A stretch of 64,000 bases of DNA from Mobula birostris (GCF_030028105.1 NC_092398.1:16434182-16498181), one strand, 5' to 3'; shown: positions 38,482-53,100, counted from the stretch's first letter. The notes: generated from the sequence alone by a model not told the origin. Numbers and translations: made by a program.

Positions 38482-38853
38482 TCACTTGGAGCTGGTGTAC
38501 TTGGTCACTGCCTTTGTCCCCTCCGATACGGCGTGCTTGGCCAGCTCCCCGGGGAGCAGCAGGCGCACAGCGGTCTGGATCTCCCGGGAGCTGATGGTCG
38601 ACCGCTTGTTGTAATGGGCTAGGCGGGAAGCCTCGCCAGCGATGCGCTCGAAAATATCATTCACGAACGAGTTCATGATGCTCATGGCCTTGGAGGAGAT
38701 GCCGGTGTCGGGGTGAACTTGCTTCATCACTTTGTAGATATAGATGGCGTAACTCTCCTTCCTCAGCCTCCTGCGCTTCTTGCCAGACTTGCCGGATGGC
38801 TTCGGTAGCGCTTTCTTAGCGCCCTTCTTGGGAGCAGGCTTCTGATCGGGCAT
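38482..38853 (-). CDS. H2B: Replication-dependent histone H2B (123 aa)
   Basis: Intact ORF from the ATG at 38853; the ORF-track extension uses a non-ATG start. Confidence 0.97.
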   Translation of the reverse strand: MPDQKPAPKKGAKKALPKPSGKSGKKRRRLRKESYAIYIYKVMKQVHPDTGISSKAMSIMNSFVNDIFERIAGEASRLAHYNKRSTISSREIQTAVRLLLPGELAKHAVSEGTKAVTKYTSSK

Positions 38854-39789
38854 TTCTTCCGTCGAGTTCAGACTCAATTAAAAGAAGAACCTGCGGAGTG
38901 GTACTTAAATAGGAAACGCTGACGGCGGTATGCTAATACAGGAATGGGGTTTCCGAGCATATTCATTGGATACTTGGAGAAACGAATCAACCATTGAATT
39001 TATTTCCACAAATCATTTCATTGGATATCAAAGATTACAAATATAGTCGCTCGCACCACCAATCAGAAGCTTCGCCCAGACTGCGGACCTGGACCCATGC
39101 CAACCCGTGGCGTTTCTCTGTGCCGTTAATTAGAGGGTAAAGCGAGAGTTGTGGCTGACATTAAACAAAGGAAAGTGTTAATTACAAATGGATTTCAAAT
39201 AAACTCACATTCAGATGAAAAGTTCAAAGTAAATTTATTATCGAAGTGCATATATGTTACCATCAACAAGCGTGATTCATTTTCTTGCGGGCAGACTCCA
39301 TACATTGATAACAGAATACTAGGTTTCATAGAATAAATGGGAGACTGTATCAATTTGGGCATTCAACCAGTGTGCAAAAGATACAAATAAAAAAGAAAGA
39401 TAATATTAATAAATAATAAGCAATATACATTGAGAATATGAGTCGAAGGGTCGCTGAAAGTGAGATCAAGTTGAGTTAACGTTTCAATGATGAAATGAAT
39501 TTATCCCCTTTGGTTCAAGAGTCTGATGTTTGAGGAATAATAACCATTCCTGAAACCAATGGTGTGAGTCCTGAGGCTTTTAACTTTGTCCTTATAGCAG
39601 AGTAAGAAAAGAGCATGTCCTGGGTGGTGGGGGTCCCTGCTGATGGAGTCACTTTTAAGGAGCTATGATCTTGGATCCCAAGGTTTCCATGCTAAGCAAC
39701 AATGTTGAGGACCTGTACTGTAAGTTGCTTATTTCATGGTCAAGGGCTGCAAGAGACCGACTGAGAAAATTCAGTTATCAGAAGGGCAA

Positions 39790-41500
39790 AGGGACTTGTA
39801 CAAGTTTCCAAAAGGCTAACTTGCAAGTTCTGTCAATGGTAAGGAAGGGAAATGAAAAGTTTGTATTCATTTCAAGATGTTTAAAATATAAATGCAAGGA
39901 AATAATATTGAGGCATAATAAAGCATTTGTCATTCAGCTTGAGTACCACGAGCAGTTTTGAACCCTTCATCTAAGAAAGGATGGGTTGGCATTGGACAGT
40001 GTCCAGAGGAGCTTCGCAACATTTATCATGGGAATGAAAATGTTAATGTTTGAGGAGAGTTTAATGGCTCTGGCCCTGTACTGGAGCACTTACCAATATC
40101 TTTAACTTCTCACTTTGGCAGTCTGAGTTATCCATCTGCTTCAAGCAGGCTTCAATCATACCGATGCCTCAGAAGAACATGGTAATATGCCTTATTATTT
40201 ACCATGCAGTAGCACTTACATCCACTGTGGTGAAGTGCTTTGAGAGGTTGATAATGAAGCACACCAACTCTGGCCTGATAAGTGACTTGGATTTGTTCCA
40301 TTTTGCCTGTAGCACAATAGATCCACACTAATGGTATTGCATTGGCTCATCACTTTACCCTGGAACATCAACATAGAACATAAAACAGTGCAGCATTGAA
40401 CCAGGCTATTTCACCCACAATGTTGTTTCAAACCAGCTAAAAAGCAAATCAAAAACACCCAAACACTAATCCCTACTACATAGAGCACCATCCATCTTCC
40501 TTATGTCCATGTGCCTGTCCAAACATCTCTTAAAGTCCCCAAATGTATTTGCCTCTACCACCATAGCAAGGAATGCATCCCAGACACCTACAATTCTCTG
40601 AGTTAAAAACTTCCCCCTCTCAGCTTCAATGCATGTCCTCTGGAATTAGGCATTTCAACCCTGGGAAACAGATACTCTCTGTCCACTCTATCTATGCCTG
40701 TCATAATCTTGTGAACCTCTATCAGACCTTCCCTCAGCCTCTGGCACTCCAGAGAAAGCAAGCCGTTTATCCGGCTCCTTATGATAGGCATGCCCTCTAA
40801 ACCAGGCAGCGTTCTGGTAAACCTGTTCTGTGGCTAAAGGGATCAGGGGGGTATGGAGGGAAGGCTAGTACAGGGCTCTGAGTTGGATGGTCAGCCATGA
40901 TCATACTGAATGGCGGTGCAGGCTCAAAGGGCTGAATGGCCTACTCCTGCACCTATTTTCTATGTTTCTATGTACCCTCTCCAAAGCCTCAACATCCCTC
41001 CTGTAGAAGGACCTCCAGAACTGTGTGAAACAATTCAGGTGTGGCCTAACTAGAGTTTTATAAAGTTGCAATGTAACCTCCTGGCTTTTGAACTCAATGC
41101 TTTCTTTAATAAAAGCAAACATTCTATAAGCCCTCTTACAATCCATTTTGTGTAGCGAGTTTCAAGGAGCTATGAACTTTGATCTGAAGATCTCTCTGTT
41201 CAGCAACACTGTCAAAGATCTTCCCCTTAACATTTGCCCTACCAAAATGCAACACATTACATTTACCTGGGTTAAACTCCCTCTGCCATTTCTCAGCCAA
41301 TAGTGTGAGGTCTGCCCACAATGATTCAACACTTTCCAACCCTATGTCACCTCTTTCTAATGATTTCATTACATTGTTTTTTACCAACAGAGTCACACCA
41401 CCCACTCTGCCTACCTCCCTCTTCTTTTGATACCACGTGCATCCTTACACATTAAGCTACCAGCTATAATCTTCTTTCAACATGATCCAGTGATGCCAAC
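39790..41500. mobile_element. Mosaic of CR1 and Rex-type fragments
   Basis: LYKTLVRPHL, LREGLIEVHKIM and EFNPGKCNVLHFG motifs. Confidence 0.7.
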
Positions 41501-41506
41501 ATCACA

Positions 41507-41824
41507 CAAGGGGTGATTGATAAGTTCGTGGCCTAAGGTAGAAGAAGTCAATTCTAGAAAACCTAGCACATTTATCTTTCAATATAGTCCCCACTTACAT
41601 TTACACACTTAGTCCAGTGTACGGATCCCTTCTTTGTAGAAGTCGGCGTCTTGGACCTCCAGAAAGTGGTCCACAGCAGGGATGATTTATAAGTTTGTGG
41701 CCTATGGTAGAAGGAGATGAGTAATTAACTTCAAACTTTCTGCATAATCACTCAAAGAGTTGAACTGCACGTGCATATAACGAGAGTGGTATTACTCATC
41801 TCCTTCTACCTTACGCCACAAACT
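41507..41824. mobile_element. Mariner-like non-autonomous element (MITE) remnant
   Basis: AGGGGTGATTGATAAGTTCGTGGCCTAAGGTAGAAG-like repeat occurs twice direct (about 41510 and 41677) and once inverted (about 41793-41824). Confidence 0.6.
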
Positions 41825-43240
41825 CCCCAGTGCAAACTCACTGATGTAGCTCTAATTCAAATGACAGAGTGAATCCTTTCGCACAGTCTCAAAAGATGAA
41901 AGGCCTCAGCCCAATGTGAACTGACTGGTGTGTCAGTCATTGAGATGAACAGGCAAATCCTTTTCCTCAGTCAGAGCAGTTTTACAGCCTCTGCCCAGTG
42001 TGAACTGATTGGTGTCTCTGTAGACTGGATGACTGAGTGAACCCCCTCCCACACATAGAACAGGTGAACGGTCTCTCCCCAGTGTGAACTCACTGGTGTT
42101 TCTGTATGGTGGATAATTGTGCAAATCCCTTCCCACAATCTAAGCAGATGAAAGGCTTCTCTCAAGTGTGAACTAACTGGCGTGCCTGTAGTTGAGATGA
42201 CTGGGTGAATCTCTTCCCGCAGTCTGAGCAGGCAAATGCCCTCTCCCTAGTGTGAATTCGCTAATGCATCTTCAGTTGGGATGACTGAGTGAATCCCTTC
42301 CCACAGTCTGAGCAGATGAACAGTCTCTCTCCAGTGTGAACTCACTGATGTGCCAGTAGTTGAGATGACAGGATAAATCCTTTCCCACTGTCTGAGCAGG
42401 TGAACGATCTGTCCCCAGTGTGAACTCGCTGGAGTCTGTGTAGGTTGATTAACTGAGTGAACCCTTTCCCACATTCTGAGCAGGAGAATGGTCTCTCTCC
42501 AGTGTGAACTCGCTGGTGTGCCAGTAGGTCAGATGAATGGTTAAATGCCTTCCTACAGTCTGAGCAGGTAACCCACTTCTCCCAAGTGTGAATTCGCTGA
42601 TGTACCTTCAGTTGAGATGACCGAGTGAATCCCTTCCCACAATCCAGACAGGTGAACAGCTTCTCTCCAGTGTGAATTTGCTGGTGTCTCTGTGCTTTGG
42701 ATGACTGTGTAAATCCCATCCCACAATCTGACCAGATGAACAGACTCTCCCCAGTATGAACTTGCTGATGTCTCTGTAGGTCAGGTGACCAAATGAATGT
42801 CTTAACACAGTCTGAGCAGGTGAACGGCCGTTCCTCAGTGTGAACTCGCTGGCGTCTCCGCAGATGGCAGGAGCGTGTAGATCCTTTCCCACAGTTCTCT
42901 AGCAATTCTCTGGCATCAAGTCGGCTGCCAGACGCAGTGAATCCCTCACACAGTCAATGCACTTAAAGGACTGATCTCTGGTGAACAAAAGCTGATGTGA
43001 TCTCAGCTCCCTGGTTCCAGTCAATTACACTGAATTACAATAGAAAACTTCATTTCAGATACAAAGAGCATTTCCAACTGGGATAAAATAACTTGTCATC
43101 TCCAAGGATCAATAACAAATATATTGATAAACCAAAGGAAATATCAGGTCACTTCATAATTATCTGGACAGAGACGGCAAAACAGACGTGTTGTTGTGTT
43201 TGCAAGTCCCCAGCCCAAATGATTTGCCGTTACCAATCTA
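41825..43240 (-). pseudogene. C2H2 zinc-finger array pseudogene
   Basis: Repeated HTGE(R/K)PF.C..CGKGF units; the longest ORF is 42342-42905; stops and lost Cys/His residues. Confidence 0.88.
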
Positions 43241-45669
43241 AAAAAAATTACAAAAGACATCAATGTGTGAAGTATGACATTTTAAATGAGATAATTTTAG
43301 TCTCTAGGTTGAAATCTAATATCACTCATTACAGCAAGTGATCCTGGAGACTTCACTTGATTCCAGTTGCAGATACCTGACATCTGCCTCCTCCATTTCC
43401 CTAAGCAGTGCCCATTTATCCCCCATTACCAAGTGCTTCTTAACATTGGCACTTTGCCCTTCACTCTAACAGGAAAATGCTGAGTTTGAACACTCATCAG
43501 GAAAACATTCTCCACTTGATAGACATCGCTTCACTTGGAAACAGCCTCTCACAATCAGCCTGTTCCCATTTTTGTTTTAGATATCTGAAACTTGCAGTTC
43601 ATTTGAACTTCACGTGTTTCTACAACTGGTTGTAGTAAAGATCTGTGCCCTTACAGTACAATGCCATTGATGTTTATTAGTTATTCATGTTGTATTTTGT
43701 TAAATCTCTGTGCTTGTATTAGAAAGCTGCATGTTGTACTAGTCTGTGACCTCACTGGCCGTTGCTGTGCTCGGGCAGCTCAGTACGTTTTCAATAGTGT
43801 CAGTGTTTTGTATAGAATCAGAATTATTATCACCAGCATATGTCAGGAAACTTGTTAACTTGCAGCATAAGTACAATGCAATACATGATAGATATATTTT
43901 GAAAAGAAGAAATTAAAATAAGTCGTGCAAAAACAGAAACAAGAGAAGTAGTGAGATAGTGTTCATGGGTTCAATGTCCATTTAAAAATTGGTTTGCAGA
44001 GGGGAAGAAGCTGTTCTTGAATTGCTGAATGTGTGTTTTCAGGCTCCTGTACTTCCTGATGGTAAGAATAAGAAGAAGGCATGTCCTGGGTGGTGGAGGG
44101 TCCTTAATGATGGATGACGTCTTTATGAGGCATCACTCCTTGAAGATATCTTGGATGGTACAGAGGCTAGTACTGATGATGGAGCTGACTAATTTTATCT
44201 CAATGTTCTGCAGCTTACTTCAGTCCTGTGTAGTAGCCCCCATACCAGATGCATTCCTGGCCTCCCCAGAAGTAAGTGCTGTTTAATTTCATGGCTGCAG
44301 TTACCACCTATAGCTAACCCACTATAAAAGTCAAGTTCCTAAGGTTGTCGTAGCTGGGATGGTAGTAGGGATAAGCTCCCACTCTATGGCATGCAACTCT
44401 AATAGCTTCTGATAACAAAGGCCAACTCTTGGCATTCACATGTAGCTTTGCTACTAGGCCTGACGGAACTGTTTCTACTGACAAAAGGAGGGGCAAAGGT
44501 GGACCAGTGGTGCCTCAAAACTAGTTGCTTTGGGCAGTTTGATGTCATCTACATCTTCACTCTGGCAACTTCTGTGATGATACTGGTGCCAGGCTAAATC
44601 AGTGCTTGTCCTTCTCTTGGACTACTTCAGCGACACGGAGAGGGGGAACCTGCTGCATGGGCAACAGCCAGTTCTTCTTGCCGAACAATTTGAAAGTTGA
44701 CATCAGAAAGCAATCTAAGTACTGTTGTCGTTCCCCAGCAACTGGCCAGTGAGTGGGCGAGTCCCGGTACCGGAAGCATAGCTGTTGAGGATCGGACTAC
44801 GTTATGAGTTGTATGGAGGAAGGCCAGTGGCAGGTTTCTTTGAAATGGAAATATCAGCGACAGATTGAGGATTGTCATGGTTTAACATCCGGTCACATAG
44901 GCAAGTAGACAGGATGTAAATAAGAAAAGGAAACGAGACGTTTCACTAGATATTTGAACGCACATGTGACAAATAACGATAAACGTTAAAAAAGAAGGAA
45001 GAGTTAAAGGTAGAAACAGGATTTAAATTAAGTAGGAAGGAAGAGTTTAAAAACACAAGATATTCTACAGTTCTTAAACACGAGAAATTCTCAAATGCTG
45101 GAAGTCAAAGCAACACACACAAAATGCTGGAGGAACTCATCAGATCAGGAGGCATCTATGGAAATGCATAAACAGTCGTTTCGTGCCGAGACCCTTCATC
45201 GGGACTGGAAAGGAAGAGGGAATATGTCAGAATAAAAAGTTGGGAAGGAGGAGAAGCTGGAAGGAGATAGTTGTGTGGGGGAGGAAGTATCTAGAGAGAA
45301 ACTGAAAGAGATATTGTGGGTGCAAAAACTTCAAGGGACGAAGGCAGTATTAGTGTTTTTTAAAGGTAAGTTTCAATAGGTGCATTTAATGTCAGAGAAA
45401 TTGAAACAATATATATCCTGAAATTCTTTTTCTTTGCAAACATCAACAAAAAGAAAGGAGCGCCCCAAAGTATGAATGACAGTTAAACATTAGTAAGCAA
45501 TGAGAGAAATCTTTTCGGTTAAAAGCTGTGGGAAGAAACAAAGTAGCACCAAGTAATTACATGGGATGACAGTGGCTTTGGGGAGTAATCACAGGAATGT
45601 CTCCAGATAAAAATAATTTACTTTGGGGAAAATTTGTGGATGCCAAATGTTTAAATGTGTTTCATGGCA

Positions 45670-46560
45670 GATGAATGAGTGGTAAATGGTGACGACAGGG
45701 TGTACAGGAGTGAGATATGCCTACTAGTGGAATGGTGCCGCAGCAACAATCTGGCACTCAATGTCAATAAGATGAAAGAATTGATTGTGGACTTCTGGAA
45801 GGGTAAGACGAAGGAACACATACCAATCCTCATAGAGGGATCAGAAGTGGAGAGAGTGAGCAGCTTCAAGTTCCTGGGTGTCAAGATCTCTGAGAATCTA
45901 ATGTGGACTCAATGTATCAATGTAGTTACAAAGAAGGCAAGGCAGCAGCTATACTTTATTAGGAGCTTGAAGAGATTTGGCATGTTACAAATACACTCAA
46001 AAACTTCTATAGCTGTCCTGTGGAGAGCATTCTGACAGGCTACATCACTGTCTGGTATGGAGGGGCTACTGCACAGGACCGAAAGAAGCTGCAGAAAGTT
46101 GTAAATCTAGTCATCTCCCTCTTGGGCACCAGCCTACAAAGTATCCAGAACATCTTTAGGGAGCGGTGTCTCAGAAAAGCAGCGTCCATTATTAAGGACC
46201 TCCAGCACCCAGGGCATGCCCTTTTCTCACTGTTACCATCAGGTAGGAGGTACAGAAGCCTAAAGGCACACACTCAGAGATTCAGGAACAGCTTCTTCCA
46301 CTCTGCCATCTGATTTCTCAATGGACATTGAAGCTTTGGGCATGACCTCATTTTTAAAAAAATTATGCAGTATTTGTGTTTTTGCACGTGTTTAAATATA
46401 TTCAATATATGTAGTTGATTTACTTGTTTATTTATTATTATGTTTTATTTTATTTATTATTTTTTTTCTCTCTGCTAGATTATGTATTGCACTGAACTGC
46501 TGCTGCTAAATTAACAAATTTCACATCACATGCTGGTGATAATAAACCTGATTCTGGTCC
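45670..46560 (+). mobile_element. Rex1/Babar LINE 3' fragment
   Basis: WCRSNNLALNVNKMKELIVDF, FKFLGV and LLPSGRRYRSLKAHTQRFRNSFF. Confidence 0.88.
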
Positions 46561-46914
46561 TCACCCACTTACTCCCTCTGTAACCTCCTCCCATCCTGGC
46601 TACCACTCAACTCTGCTGTCCACCGTCTCTGGTTCTGTTTGTATCCTCATGTCCCTGACTTGTTTGTCTGTAGGACTGTGACCAGCAGTGCACCACAGGG
46701 ATCAGCGCTGATACCTGTACTCTCTTATTTTGTCATTTCTGTTAATGATATGGATGAGGATGTGGATAGCATGAATGGTAAGTTTACAGTTAACATGAAA
46801 ATTGGTGCAAGGTTCCAAATACCACATAGATAAATCCAGGAGGGTAGGCAAAGGAATGGGGATGATATCTAAGTTACACAGGTGCAAAACATTATATTTT
46901 GGGCAGTTACATTT

Positions 46915-47835
46915 TGTCTTGTCTCCCTTTCTCTTCACTACTTACACCTCGGACTTCAACTACTGCACAGAGTCTTGTCATCTTCAGAAGTTTTCTGATG
47001 ACTCTGCCATAGATGGATGCATCAGCAAGGGAGATGAGGCTGAGTACAGGGCTACAGTAGGAAACTTTGTCACATGGTGTGAGCAAAATTATCTGCAGCT
47101 TAATGTGAAAAAGACTAAGGAGCTAGTGGTAGACCTGAGGAGAGCTAAGGTACCGGAGACCCCTGTTTCCATCCAGGGGGTCAGTGTGGACATGGTGGAG
47201 GATTATAAATACCTGGGGATACAAATTGACAAAAAACTGGACTGGTCAAGGAACACTGAGGCTGTCTACAAGAAGGGTCAGAGCCGTCTCTATTTCCTGA
47301 GGAGACTGAAGTCCTTTAACATCTGCCGGACGATGCTGAGGATGTTCTACGAGTCTGTGATGGCCAGTGCTATCATGTTTGCTGTTGTGTGCTGGGGCAG
47401 CAGACACCAACAGAATCAACAAACTCATTCGTAAGGCCAGTGATGTTGTGGGGATGGAACTGGACTCTCTCACGGTGGTGTCTGAAAAGAGGATGCTGTC
47501 CAAGTTGCATGCCATCTTGGACAATGTCTCCCATCCACTTCATAATGTATTGGTTGGGCACAGGAGTACATTCAGCCAGAGACTCATTCCACCAAGATGC
47601 AACACAGGGCGTCATAGGAAGTCATTCCTGACTGTGGCCATCAGACTTAACAACTCCTCCCTTGGAGGGTCAGACACCCTGAGCCAATAGGCTGGTCCTG
47701 GACATTTCCTGGCATAATTTACATATTACTATTTAACTATTTATGGTTTTAATACTATTTATTATTTATGGTGCAACTGTAATGAAAACCAATTTCCCCC
47801 AGGATCAATAAAGTATGATTATGACTATGACTAAA
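46915..47835 (+). mobile_element. Rex1/Babar LINE 3' fragment of a second family
   Basis: LSPFLFTTYT, LQKFSDD and YKYLG; AATAAAG(TATGAC)n-like tail. Confidence 0.88.
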
Positions 47836-48107
47836 CTAGGACAAGCTTAGCAAAGTGAATGGCAGGGCCCTGGGTAGTATTGTAGAGCAGAGAGAGCTAG
47901 GATACAAGTACACAGTTCCCTGATAGTGGTGACACAGGTTGATGACAGTGTAGAAGGCATTTAGCACATTTGCCTTCTTTGGCTACGGCACCGAGTACAA
48001 GAGTTAAGATCTCATGGTAGATCATTATCCTCACTGCTCTCTTCAGTGTATTTGGTTATCTCTTATAAAAGGTCACAATTTGCCAAACAGTATTTTCTCA
48101 TGTACCC

Positions 48108-48267
48108 TGTGACGGGAATAAAGAACGAGCAGAAATAGAAAACACTTTTGGAGTCCAGTATTGCTATTAGCTAATAATATTTATTAGTAACTACACAATA
48201 CAGTAATAAAAATGTAGATAAATCAAACAGGTTAGCAATGATTATATATAAGTATATCAATGTGTGG

Positions 48268-48299
<32 letters not shown>

Positions 48300-48923
48300 A
48301 ACCAAGCTTCTTCATGTCGAGGGGTAGAAAGATCCAGTCTTACGATGATGAGAAAAGTTCAGTTCATGGTATTGAGTTGAGTAGTGATGGAGAGAGAGAA
48401 AAGGAGAGATTTGAGTCTTCAGTTGAGCTGACACCATCGATCTTCTTGTTGTCCTTGAAAATCCATTAAAAGTCACTGACTGTGACCACGAGAAGGGGAC
48501 CGGTTTTCTGTGGTGGAGCTATCACCCAGGCAAGGGTGGACACATGGACAACTCCCCACCAGTCACTGCCTTTTCTTCTCACTGCAAGAGCCACTGATCG
48601 ATCTGCCTGATCGATCCTCCAAAAACCACTTTTTCTATGGGCACAACAAAGCTCATTCAGTTCCCAAAACATGTGTTTGAGGTCTATATCATCTGACCTA
48701 TTTATCTCACCGTACTGGATACCAGCTGTCATTCAAATAACTCCTCCTTCCTCTCTCTGTGTAAGAAGTGCCGGCAGGCGAATATTCTTGAAGAAAGTAT
48801 AAGCAACCTGTGAGCAGTCTTCGTCTCTCTCTCTCTCTATCAAAACACATGTCGGTGTTAAATAACTCTCTCTCTCTCTTTTCCAAAGCACAGTTCATAG
48901 GGGTAATTCAGAACCCCATCACA
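48108..48923. mobile_element. Probable solo LTR
   Basis: Terminal inverted repeats TGTGACGGG...CCCATCACA and an internal (TA)n tract. No clean TSD was seen. Confidence 0.5.
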
Positions 48924-50179
48924 GTCCTACTGACCAATTCCTACATACTGCCCCTGATCAATCCCTGCTTTTCAAAGTGCAAAATATTCATGTCCCTCAG
49001 AATATCATCCGACTAATCTCCATATCATAGATTTAAAAAAAAACTGGCTTAGAATTCTCCGGCTTTTCGCTATTATTGTTCTTGAATAATTATCACACAT
49101 ATGCTGTCTTCTAGCCACCTGGTATCTCAGTTGTGGCCAGTGAATGCTCCATCAGTGCCCCAGACTCTCCTCTGTTGTCTCTCACAGCAGCCTGGAATAT
49201 ATCTCACCAGACCCTGGACACTTATAAGACCATAAAACATTGGAGAAGAATTAGGCTATTCAGCCCACTAAGTCTGCTCCACCATTCTATCATAGCTAAT
49301 CTTTGATCCCTCAAGCCCATACATCTGCATTCTGGCCAGATCCTTTGATGCCCTGACCAATGAGGGAACAATCAACTTCCGCCTTAAACATACCCACATA
49401 CTTGGCCTCCACCACAGTCTGTGGCAGAACATGCTACCAACTTAATACTCTCTGGCTAAAAAAAAAAAAAATCCTGCTTACCTCTGTTCTAGAGGATCAC
49501 CCTCAATTTTGAGGCTATGCCTTCTAGTTCTGGAGACCCCAACACAGGAAACATCATCTCCGCATCCACCGTATCTAGTCCTTTCAACATTCGGTAGGTT
49601 TCAATGCCAATGACAGTAGGGTTGAAATGTCTATTACCAGAGGGCACGCATTCAAGAGAAGGGGTAGTTTCAAAGGGGTTGTAGGGTAAGTTTTTTTACT
49701 TAGAATGGTGGATTCCTGGAATGTGCTGCATGGTATGGTGGTAGAGACAAATACATTAGAGGTTTTTAAGAGACATTTAGATTTGGAGAGGCACATGAAT
49801 ATGAGGAAGATGGAGGGATATGATATTGTGCAGGTAGGAGGAGTCAGTGTTTGGGTGTTTTTGATTTGCTTTTTAGCTGGGTCAGCACAACATTGTTGGC
49901 CAAAAAGCCTTTTCCTGTGCTGTACTGTTCTATGTTCTATCACACCGCCTCAGTCGGGGACAAAGCACTGTAGACTGGGGAGGCCCTTCAACAGTATAGA
50001 GAGTGTGTGGAGAGTTTGGAAGAAGAAATTAGAAGGGAAAAGACAAGTCAGAAATTATCAGTGGAAGCTAAGATTAAGGGAATGCTCAATGAATGTTAGA
50101 TACAGATAGGATAAATGCAATCATACGGCTTTTTCCACTGAGGTTGGGTGAGACTAGAACTAGAGGCCACAGGTTCCTG

Positions 50180-53100
50180 GCTCTGTAACTTAGATGGGAA
50201 GGGAGGAGTAGAGGCACACTGTGGCAATAAGGGACTAATTATTTAGGGGAACGAGCAGTGAGCGAGAATGAGCTTCCCAGATCGTATGCTGCATGCTGGG
50301 TGCCAGGATCCGAGGTAGCGTATATTGAGTCCTCAGCAAGTGGGAGGGTAAACAGCCAGAAGTTGTGCTCCACGTAATTACCAATGACATGGGCAGGATG
50401 AGTGACAAAGTTCTGTATAGCTGGGTCTAGGAATTAAGTGGTATGTTAAAGGGCAGGACCTCCAGAGTTGTAATCTCAGGGCTGCAACCCATGCCACATG
50501 CTAATGAGGCTAGAAGTAGGAAGGTTATCTGATTTAATATGTGGCTAAGGAGTTGGTGTAGGAGGGATGGCATAAGATTTATGATCATTAGACTCTTTTC
50601 CAGGGAAGCTGGGACTGGTTCTAATGGCCTAGTTTGCACTGAACTGGAGGGGAATGAATATCCTAGCGGGAACGTTTGGTAATGCTACACGGTTGTAAGT
50701 GGATAAGTTATGGAGGTTTGAAGTAAGTTAGAAATTAAAAGATTAAGCATGGTGCAACTGGTGTCCTGATCTGCATATATTTCACTGCAAGAGGTATCAT
50801 AGGGAAGGTGGTTAATAGTGCTGAAGATCAGGTAGCTAGTTTACAAACAGAGGCAATGTATAGTGAGAAGAGGCTGCTGATGGGGCAAAATTGCAGTCAA
50901 CAGGATGAGGTGCAACATAAAAGGCAGACAAAATTGAAAAGAGTGAGTACAGGACTGAATGCACGCAGTATATGGAATAACATAGATGAACTTGTAGCAC
51001 AATTTCAGATAGGCAGATATGCTGCAGGTATCACTGAATCATTTATGAAAGATTATAGCTGGGAACTTCATGTCCAAAGATACATATTATACCAGAAGGA
51101 CAGGCAGGAAGGCATAAGGGGTGGTAATGCCCTTTCAGTAAAAAATGAAATCAAATCATTAGAAAGAAGTGACATAGGGTCAAAAGGCAGAAGAAATTAG
51201 GAGAGCCAGAAGGGGACATGAGAAGGCCTTGGTGGATAGGATTAAGGAAAAGCCCAAGGCATTCTACAAGTGCGTGAAGAGCAAGAGGATAAGATGTGAG
51301 AGAATAGGACCCATCAAGTATGACAGTGGAAAAGTGTGTATGGAACCGGAGGATATAGCAGAGGTACTTAATGAATACTTTGCTTCAGTATTCACTATAG
51401 AAAAGGATCTTGGCGGTTGTGGGGATGACTTGCAGCAGATTGAAAAGCTTGAGCATGTAGATATTAAGGAAGAGGATGTGCTGGAGGTTTTGGAAAGCAT
51501 CAAGTTGGATAGGTCACCAGGACCAGATGGGATGTACCCCAGGCTACAGTGGGAAGTGAGCGAGGAGATTGCTGAGTGCCTGGCAATGATCTTTGCATCA
51601 TCAATGAGGACAGGAGAGGTTCTGGAGGATTGGAGGGTTGTGGATTTTGTTCCTTTATTCAAGAAAGGGTGTAGGGATAGCGCAGGATATTATAGAACAG
51701 TGAGTCTTACTTCAGTGGTTGGTAAGCTGATGGAGAAGATCCTGAGAGGCAGGATTTATGAACATTTGGAGAGGCATAATATAGTTAGCATAATATGGTT
51801 AAGAATAGTCAGCATGGCTTTGTCAAAGGCAAGTCGTGCCTTATGAGCCCAATTGAATTTTTTGAGGATGTGACTAAGCACATTGATGAAGGTAGAGCCA
51901 TAGATGTAGTGTATATGGATTTCAGCAAGGCATTTGATAAGGTACTCCATGCAAGGCTTATTGAGAAAGTAAGGAGGCATGGGATCCAAGTGGACATTGC
52001 TTTATGGGTCCAGAGCTGGCTTACCCACAGAAGGCAAAGAGTGGTTGTAGATGGGTCATATTCTGCATGGAGGCTGGTGATGACTGGTGTGCCTCTGGGA
52101 ACATTTCTGGGATCCCCTACTCTCTGTGATTTTTCTAAATGACTTGGATGAAGAAATGGAGGTATGGGTTAGTAAATTTGCTGATGACACAAAGGTTGAG
52201 GGTGTTGTGGATAGTGTGGAGGGCTGTCAGAAGTTAAAGTGGGACATTGATAGAGTGCAAAACTGCCCTGAGAAGTGGCAGATGGAGTTCAACCCAGATA
52301 AGTGTGAGAAGGTTCATTTTCGTAGGTGAAATATGATGGCAGCATATAGCATTAATGGCAGGATTCTTGGCAGTGTGGAGGATCAGAGGGATCTTGGGGC
52401 CCAAGTCCATAGGACACTCAAAGCTGCTACCAGGTTGACTGTGTGGTTAAGAAGGCATACAGTGCATTGGCCTTCATCAATCATGGGATTGAGTTTAAGA
52501 GCTGAGAGGTAATGTTGCAGCTATATAGGACCCTGGTCAGACCCCACTTAGAGTACTGTGCTCAGTTCTCATTGCCTCACTACAAGAAGGACGTGGAAAC
52601 CATAGAAGGGGTGCAGAGGAGATTTACAAGGATGTTGCCTGGATTGAGGAGCATGCCTTATGATAATAGGTTGAGTGAACTCGGCCTTTTCTCCTTGGAG
52701 CAACAGAGGATTGGAAGTGACCTGATAGAGGTGTACAAGATGATGAGAGGCATTGATCGTGTTGATGGTCAGAGGCTTTTTCCCCAGAGCTGAAATGACT
52801 AGCATGAGAGGGCATATTTTTAAGGTGCCTGAAAGTAGGTACAGAGGAGATGTCAGGGGTAAGTTTTTTTTACGGCAGCGGTGGAGGTGGAAGCGATAGT
52901 GTCTTTTAAGAGACTCCTGGATGGATACATGGAGCTTAGAAAAATAGAGGGCTATGGGTAAGCCTAGGTAGTTCTAAAGTAAGGACAAGTTTGGCACAGC
53001 TTTATGGGCTGAAGGGCCTGTATTGTGCCATAGGTTTTCTATGTTTCTAAAGGAAACTAGAGACCAGTTAGTCTGAGCTCAGTGATTGGGAAGATGTTAG

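Larger units (their letters stand above)
1..39660. repeat. Degenerate tandem segmental duplication of four units (about 1-11685, 11686-27955, 27960-34306, 34307-39660), each with an H2A pseudogene and an H2B gene
   Basis: TGGAAAA(A/G)CAAGCTTTT(C/T) and its downstream sequence recur at 1, 11686 and 34307. The histone cassette recurs at about 1.0, 13.3, 28.3 and 37.5 kb. Flanking TE fossils recur in the same order. Confidence 0.9.

Noticed and set aside
42342-42905. Functional 187-aa zinc-finger gene
   Set aside because: No ATG start, several fingers lack Cys/His ligands, and flanking fingers contain stops and frameshifts.
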